DNA from: an uncultured delta proteobacterium
Lineage (GTDB): Bacteria > Desulfobacterota > Binatia > UBA9968
Assembly: GCA_963745035.1 (NCBI GenBank)
Contig: CAVUVW010000014.1
Location: 832,001 to 896,000, forward strand
DNA length: 64,000 bases
Direction of reading: 5' to 3'
Under the pieces are notes generated by a model, which saw only the letters and a list, made by a program, of their open reading frames with translations, was not told where the DNA came from and made no database searches. Position 1 is the first letter of the stretch; every line of letters starts with the position of its first letter. Made by a program: the position numbers and the translations under genes. Shown here piece after piece: positions 60,267-64,000 of this stretch.

Positions 60267-60896
60267 ATGGCACAAAGCAGTCTGGGCCGTGACAGTTTGC
60301 GGCACGCGCCGGACCGAGCCGAGACGGCGCTTTTGCTTATCGATGTGATCAACCCGCTCGATTTCGCGGGTGGCGACAATCTGCTGCGACAAGCTCTGCC
60401 GATGGCCCATGCTTTGGCGTCGTTCAAGCGCCGCGCCAAGGCCGCGCGCGTTCCGGCGATTTATGTGAACGACAACTTCGGCCGCTGGCGCTCGGACTTT
60501 CCCAAATTGGTCGAACAATTTCTGCGGCCGGAAGTGCGCGGCAGATCGATCGTAGAGCTTTTGATTCCCGAAGACGATGACTACTTCGTTTTGAAGCCCA
60601 AGCATTCGGCGTTTTTTCAGACCAACCTGGATATCCTGCTCAGATACCTCGGCGTAAGCAGCCTGATTCTGACCGGTATAGCGGGCGATATCTGCGTGCT
60701 CTTCAGCGCCAACGATGCCTACATGCGCGATTTTAAGATCATCGTGCCGTCCGATTGCACGGCTTCGGAGGACGCCGAACACAACCGTCAAGTATTGATG
60801 CTGATGCAGCGCGTACTCAAAGCGCGGATTCTTTCCTCCTCCAAGATTCAATTCGAAAGCGCCACGGCGCAAGCGCGGACCGAGATGGACGATTGA
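60267..60896 (+). CDS. Isochorismatase-family cysteine hydrolase
   Basis: ALLLIDVIN, KPKHSAFF, TGIAGDICVLFSANDA. Confidence 0.92.
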   Translation: MAQSSLGRDSLRHAPDRAETALLLIDVINPLDFAGGDNLLRQALPMAHALASFKRRAKAARVPAIYVNDNFGRWRSDFPKLVEQFLRPEVRGRSIVELLIPEDDDYFVLKPKHSAFFQTNLDILLRYLGVSSLILTGIAGDICVLFSANDAYMRDFKIIVPSDCTASEDAEHNRQVLMLMQRVLKARILSSSKIQFESATAQARTEMDD

Positions 60897-61068
60897 GCGG
60901 CCGGCGCAGAGATGGAGAGAATGACTGCGAATCGCACCCATAGGTCGATTCCTCGCGCGAGAAGATGTTTGAACGCGCGCGAGCGCGACTGAAACAGCTG
61001 GGACTTTGACTGCGCAGGCGATTTCACTTAATTTATGAGTTCGTCCCTGGAACCCCGGAGAAGATAGG

Positions 61069-61626
61069 ATGCCATTCGACACCGACGGTATGGACGGCGC
61101 GCTTTCGCTCAGCCAGCTCATTGAAGTTCTGAAAGAGGCAGCGGGCAATCTGGAGCCGGCGGGCATGGAGGCCATTCTTCAGCGGCTGGTTATCCCGGCG
61201 GCTGAGATTCAACAGCACACGCGCTTTTCCGATTTGACATACGCCCGCAATCTGGTTCATAAGTCCGACCGCTTCGAAGTCATGGTGATGTGCTGGCATG
61301 CAGGCCAGCGCTCGTCGATCCACGATCACGCGGGATCATTGGGCGGCTTGAAAGTCTTGCAGGGCGAGCTCACCGAATCGCTGTTCGGCAAGGCGCCCAA
61401 CGGCATGATCAAGTCCCTGACGTCTGCAGACTACGGGGCGGGTGCCATTCGCGTCGAGGAGACTTCGTTAATTCACCAACTCTCCAATCTCCAGAGTGAC
61501 AGTGGCAAATCGGTTTCGCTGCACGTCTACGTTCCGCCGCTGACGCGCATGAACGTGTATTCGCTCGAAGACCCCTCGGTGAGACACATCCTGCCGCGAT
61601 ATTTCAACTCGGGAGCGGGAATCTAG
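61069..61626 (+). CDS. Cysteine dioxygenase family protein
   Basis: YARNLV, CW..GQRSSIHDH, IHQL, SLHVYVPP. Confidence 0.9.
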   Translation: MPFDTDGMDGALSLSQLIEVLKEAAGNLEPAGMEAILQRLVIPAAEIQQHTRFSDLTYARNLVHKSDRFEVMVMCWHAGQRSSIHDHAGSLGGLKVLQGELTESLFGKAPNGMIKSLTSADYGAGAIRVEETSLIHQLSNLQSDSGKSVSLHVYVPPLTRMNVYSLEDPSVRHILPRYFNSGAGI

Positions 61627-61662
61627 CAGCACCTCCGTCACCTAAATACGACTTTAAGCCTA

Positions 61663-61690
61663 TCAATGATGGCTAATATTCCATCATTGA
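61663..61690. promoter_or_regulatory. Perfect 10-bp inverted repeat overlapping a putative -35 box
   Basis: TCAATGATGG-CTAATATT-CCATCATTGA; TTGACC (61687-92) N18 TAGTAT upstream of ATG 61727. Confidence 0.55.
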
Positions 61691-61726
61691 CCGCAATAAT
61701 ACTTCGATAGTAGTATCTGACGTCTC

Positions 61727-62401
61727 ATGGACGTGATCAAAGTCGTCATCGCAGACGACCATCTACTATTCCGGGAGGGGCTCAAACGAATCCTTTCGCT
61801 GGAGAAAGATATCCTGGTTATCGGCGAGGCGTCGTCGTTTGCCGAAGCGATTCAGATCAGCGCCAGGATGCGCCCCGACATTCTCCTTCTGGATCTAAAA
61901 ATGCCTGCGGGCGACGCGATCGAGTCGCTGCGCAAGATCACGGAAAAGAGTCCCGCTACCAAAGTCATCATTCTCACCGCCTATTCAGAGGAGCAGAGCG
62001 TCCTGAGCACGGCGCACGCCCACGCGCGAGCATATGTCCTGAAAGGGATATCCGTGCCGACGCTGCTGACGGCGATCCGCAAAGTAAACGGTGGCGAGAT
62101 CTGGGTCGACCCGGAGTTGCCCTCGGGAATGGACTTCTCGCGCATCGCGCGCAGCCTGCTGCTGGAAGTCGGCCCGCCGGCCAACGAGACGGTGCACGGA
62201 CTCACCAAGCGGGAGCTGGAGATCCTGCAACTTGTCGCCGAAGGTTTATCGAACGAAGAGATCGGCAGAAAAATTTTTATCAGCAGAAAAACCGTCAAGA
62301 CTCATCTGGCCAACATCTTCGACAAGCTTCAAGTCAACAATCGCTTCAAGGCCGCTCTCTGGATCATGCCCAACTGGAAAAAAACCGGCGCAGAGAAATG
62401 A
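61727..62401 (+). CDS. NarL/LuxR family response regulator (orphan in this window)
   Basis: IADDH, LLDLKMP, LTA, YVLK; LTKRELEIL...GLSNEEIG...KTVKTHLANI. Confidence 0.95.
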   Translation: MDVIKVVIADDHLLFREGLKRILSLEKDILVIGEASSFAEAIQISARMRPDILLLDLKMPAGDAIESLRKITEKSPATKVIILTAYSEEQSVLSTAHAHARAYVLKGISVPTLLTAIRKVNGGEIWVDPELPSGMDFSRIARSLLLEVGPPANETVHGLTKRELEILQLVAEGLSNEEIGRKIFISRKTVKTHLANIFDKLQVNNRFKAALWIMPNWKKTGAEK

Positions 62402-62574
62402 TTGGCCGGAGCGCGTCAGCGCTGTGACGCCGGATACGCTCGGCCAACGATCCGGTAATTCGGGTTTCACCTTGCCAGCCTGTGACCTCAGCGGGTTTTG
62501 CAACGAGAATCGGCAAAATTTCCCCTTGACGCTGGAGATGCGACTCAGTAGCTTTGGCCGTGGATGGAGCGGTC

Positions 62575-63312
62575 ATGACTATTTCATCTCTTTTAGGGGC
62601 CGAGCTGGCACCGGCGGGGAGGCTGCGGGCTGGCATCAATTACGGCAATCCCGTGCTCGCGAGCCGGGATCCGGCGAGCGGCGAGCTTCGCGGCGTCGCG
62701 GTCGATCTGGCGCGCGAACTCGGGCGTCGCGTCGGGCTGCCGGTGGAGCTCGTCGCCTTCGACGCGGCGGGAAAGTTGTTCGAGGCGGTGAAAACCGGCG
62801 GATGGGATCTCGCGTTTCTCGCCATTGACTCGGAACGCGCTCAGGAGATCGATTTCACCGCGGCCTATGTGCTCATCGAAGGCACGTATCTGGTCCCGCC
62901 CGGCTCGCCGTTTCGCACCAACGAAGAAATCGATAGCGCAGGCGTGCGCATCGGCGTATCGGCCAACAGCGCGTATGATTTATTTCTAAGCCGCAGTATC
63001 AAGCATGCCGAGCTTGTGCGCGGCTCCGGCCCCGAATCCGCCTTCGAATTGATTCTCGAGGGCAAAGTTGACGTCGTCGCCGGGGTACGCCAGTCACTCA
63101 ACGCCAATGCGGTGAAGTTGCCCGGCTCGCAGGTCTTTGCCGGCCGATTCATGGCAATCGAGCAAGCCGTCGGCATACCCAAAGGTCGCGATCGAGCGAC
63201 AAAGTATTTGCGCGAGTTTGTCGAAGACGTGAAAGCATCTGGGTTTGTTGCCCAGGCGATCGAGCATGCGGGCGTGCGCGGCGTGGCGGTTGCGCCCGCC
63301 GCCGCGCCTTGA
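62575..63312 (+). CDS. Polar amino acid-type substrate-binding domain protein (SBP_bac_3-like)
   Basis: LAPAGRLRAGINYGNPVL, WDLAFLAID..RA, SAYDLFLSR; no evident signal peptide. Confidence 0.85.
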   Translation: MTISSLLGAELAPAGRLRAGINYGNPVLASRDPASGELRGVAVDLARELGRRVGLPVELVAFDAAGKLFEAVKTGGWDLAFLAIDSERAQEIDFTAAYVLIEGTYLVPPGSPFRTNEEIDSAGVRIGVSANSAYDLFLSRSIKHAELVRGSGPESAFELILEGKVDVVAGVRQSLNANAVKLPGSQVFAGRFMAIEQAVGIPKGRDRATKYLREFVEDVKASGFVAQAIEHAGVRGVAVAPAAAP

Positions 63313-63349
63313 GGTTGACTTGTCCGCCGAGCGAGAAAGAGGACATTGC

Positions 63350-64000
63350 ATGGATCCGAACACGACGGTTGAAATTCCCTACACGGTGGAGACCGGAGAG
63401 AACCTGGTCAACGAAACCTTTGGTCCGAATAACATCCGCCGCCGCAAGACCGGCGCCCATGAGCTCAAGCCGATGGCGGTGCGGAACGGCCGGTTGTTCG
63501 CCGATCAACTTTCCCTCGACCAGAACGGTTTTATCCTGGTCGAGCACAAGACCAAGGTGCGCGACTTCTTCGACGCCGGGGAGTTGGAATCCGTCTATTA
63601 TCCCGAGGTCGAGCAGCTGATAAAGTCGGCGTCAGGCGCGGCGCGGGTGGCGATCTTCGATCATACGTTGCGCTCGGGCGACGAGACGGAGCGTGAAGAA
63701 AAGCTGATTCGCGAGCCGGTGCTCTCGGCGCACAACGATTACACCGAGTGGTCGGGACCCAATCGAGTGCGTGAGTTTCTCCCAGAAGAAGCCGACAGTT
63801 TGCTCGCGCGCCGCTTCGCGATCATTCAAGTCTGGCGCGCGATCAACCAGCCGATTCAGTCGAATCCGCTGGCGCTGGCCGACGCGAAAAGCGTTGCGAT
63901 GGAAGATCTGCTCGTAGCCGAGCGCCGCTACCCGCACAGAGTCGGCCAAACCTACCGGCTGAAATACAACGCCAAGCACCAGTGGTATTATTTTCCTCAA
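63350..64000 (+). CDS. CmcJ/NvfI/AsaB family oxidoreductase, runs off the window edge
   Basis: Manual translation: LDQNGF, YYPEVEQL, FDHTLR, AHNDYT, RFAIIQVWR, PLALADA, HQWYYFP. Not in the ORF track. Confidence 0.88.
   Translation, partial: MDPNTTVEIPYTVETGENLVNETFGPNNIRRRKTGAHELKPMAVRNGRLFADQLSLDQNGFILVEHKTKVRDFFDAGELESVYYPEVEQLIKSASGAARVAIFDHTLRSGDETEREEKLIREPVLSAHNDYTEWSGPNRVREFLPEEADSLLARRFAIIQVWRAINQPIQSNPLALADAKSVAMEDLLVAERRYPHRVGQTYRLKYNAKHQWYYFPQ

Noticed and set aside
33003-64000. Prophage, ICE or IS origin for the accessory region
   Set aside because: No integrase, transposase, phage or conjugation genes, tRNA anchor or flanking direct repeats were seen.

Overview
A 64-kb GC-rich bacterial chromosome segment. 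The gene content (many amidohydrolases, orphan NMT1/TctC-type binding proteins, LLM and SDR oxidoreductases) suggests Candidatus Binatia/Binatota, which is an inference. The left half (1-33 kb) is mostly metabolic and housekeeping: polA, NhaR-type LysR, YpfJ, bolA-grxD, an M20 hydrolase, an MFS transporter. The right half (33-64 kb) is an accessory mosaic dominated by a co-directional redox/stress island (msrBA, ZIP, cupins, Cys-rich adenylate cyclase, ADH, non-heme haloperoxidase, Dps, MOSC, YcaC, two pirins, cysteine dioxygenase) littered with gene stubs. About 15 single-base frameshifts point to long-read indel errors. The strongest hidden signal, missed by the ORF track, is a peroxiredoxin-like gene at 23358-23862 whose redox motif reads FYRGYW-TGA-GKC and is followed by a SECIS-like hairpin, i.e. 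a probable selenoprotein. Other highlights: an Actinobacteria-like PolA with Tyr at the ddNTP-discrimination site, two convergent sigma54-type promoters, a Dps-cupin chimera, attC-like relics, and several intergenic repeat families. No rRNA, tRNA, CRISPR array, integrase or transposase was recognised. All family calls come from motif recognition by eye, with no database searches.
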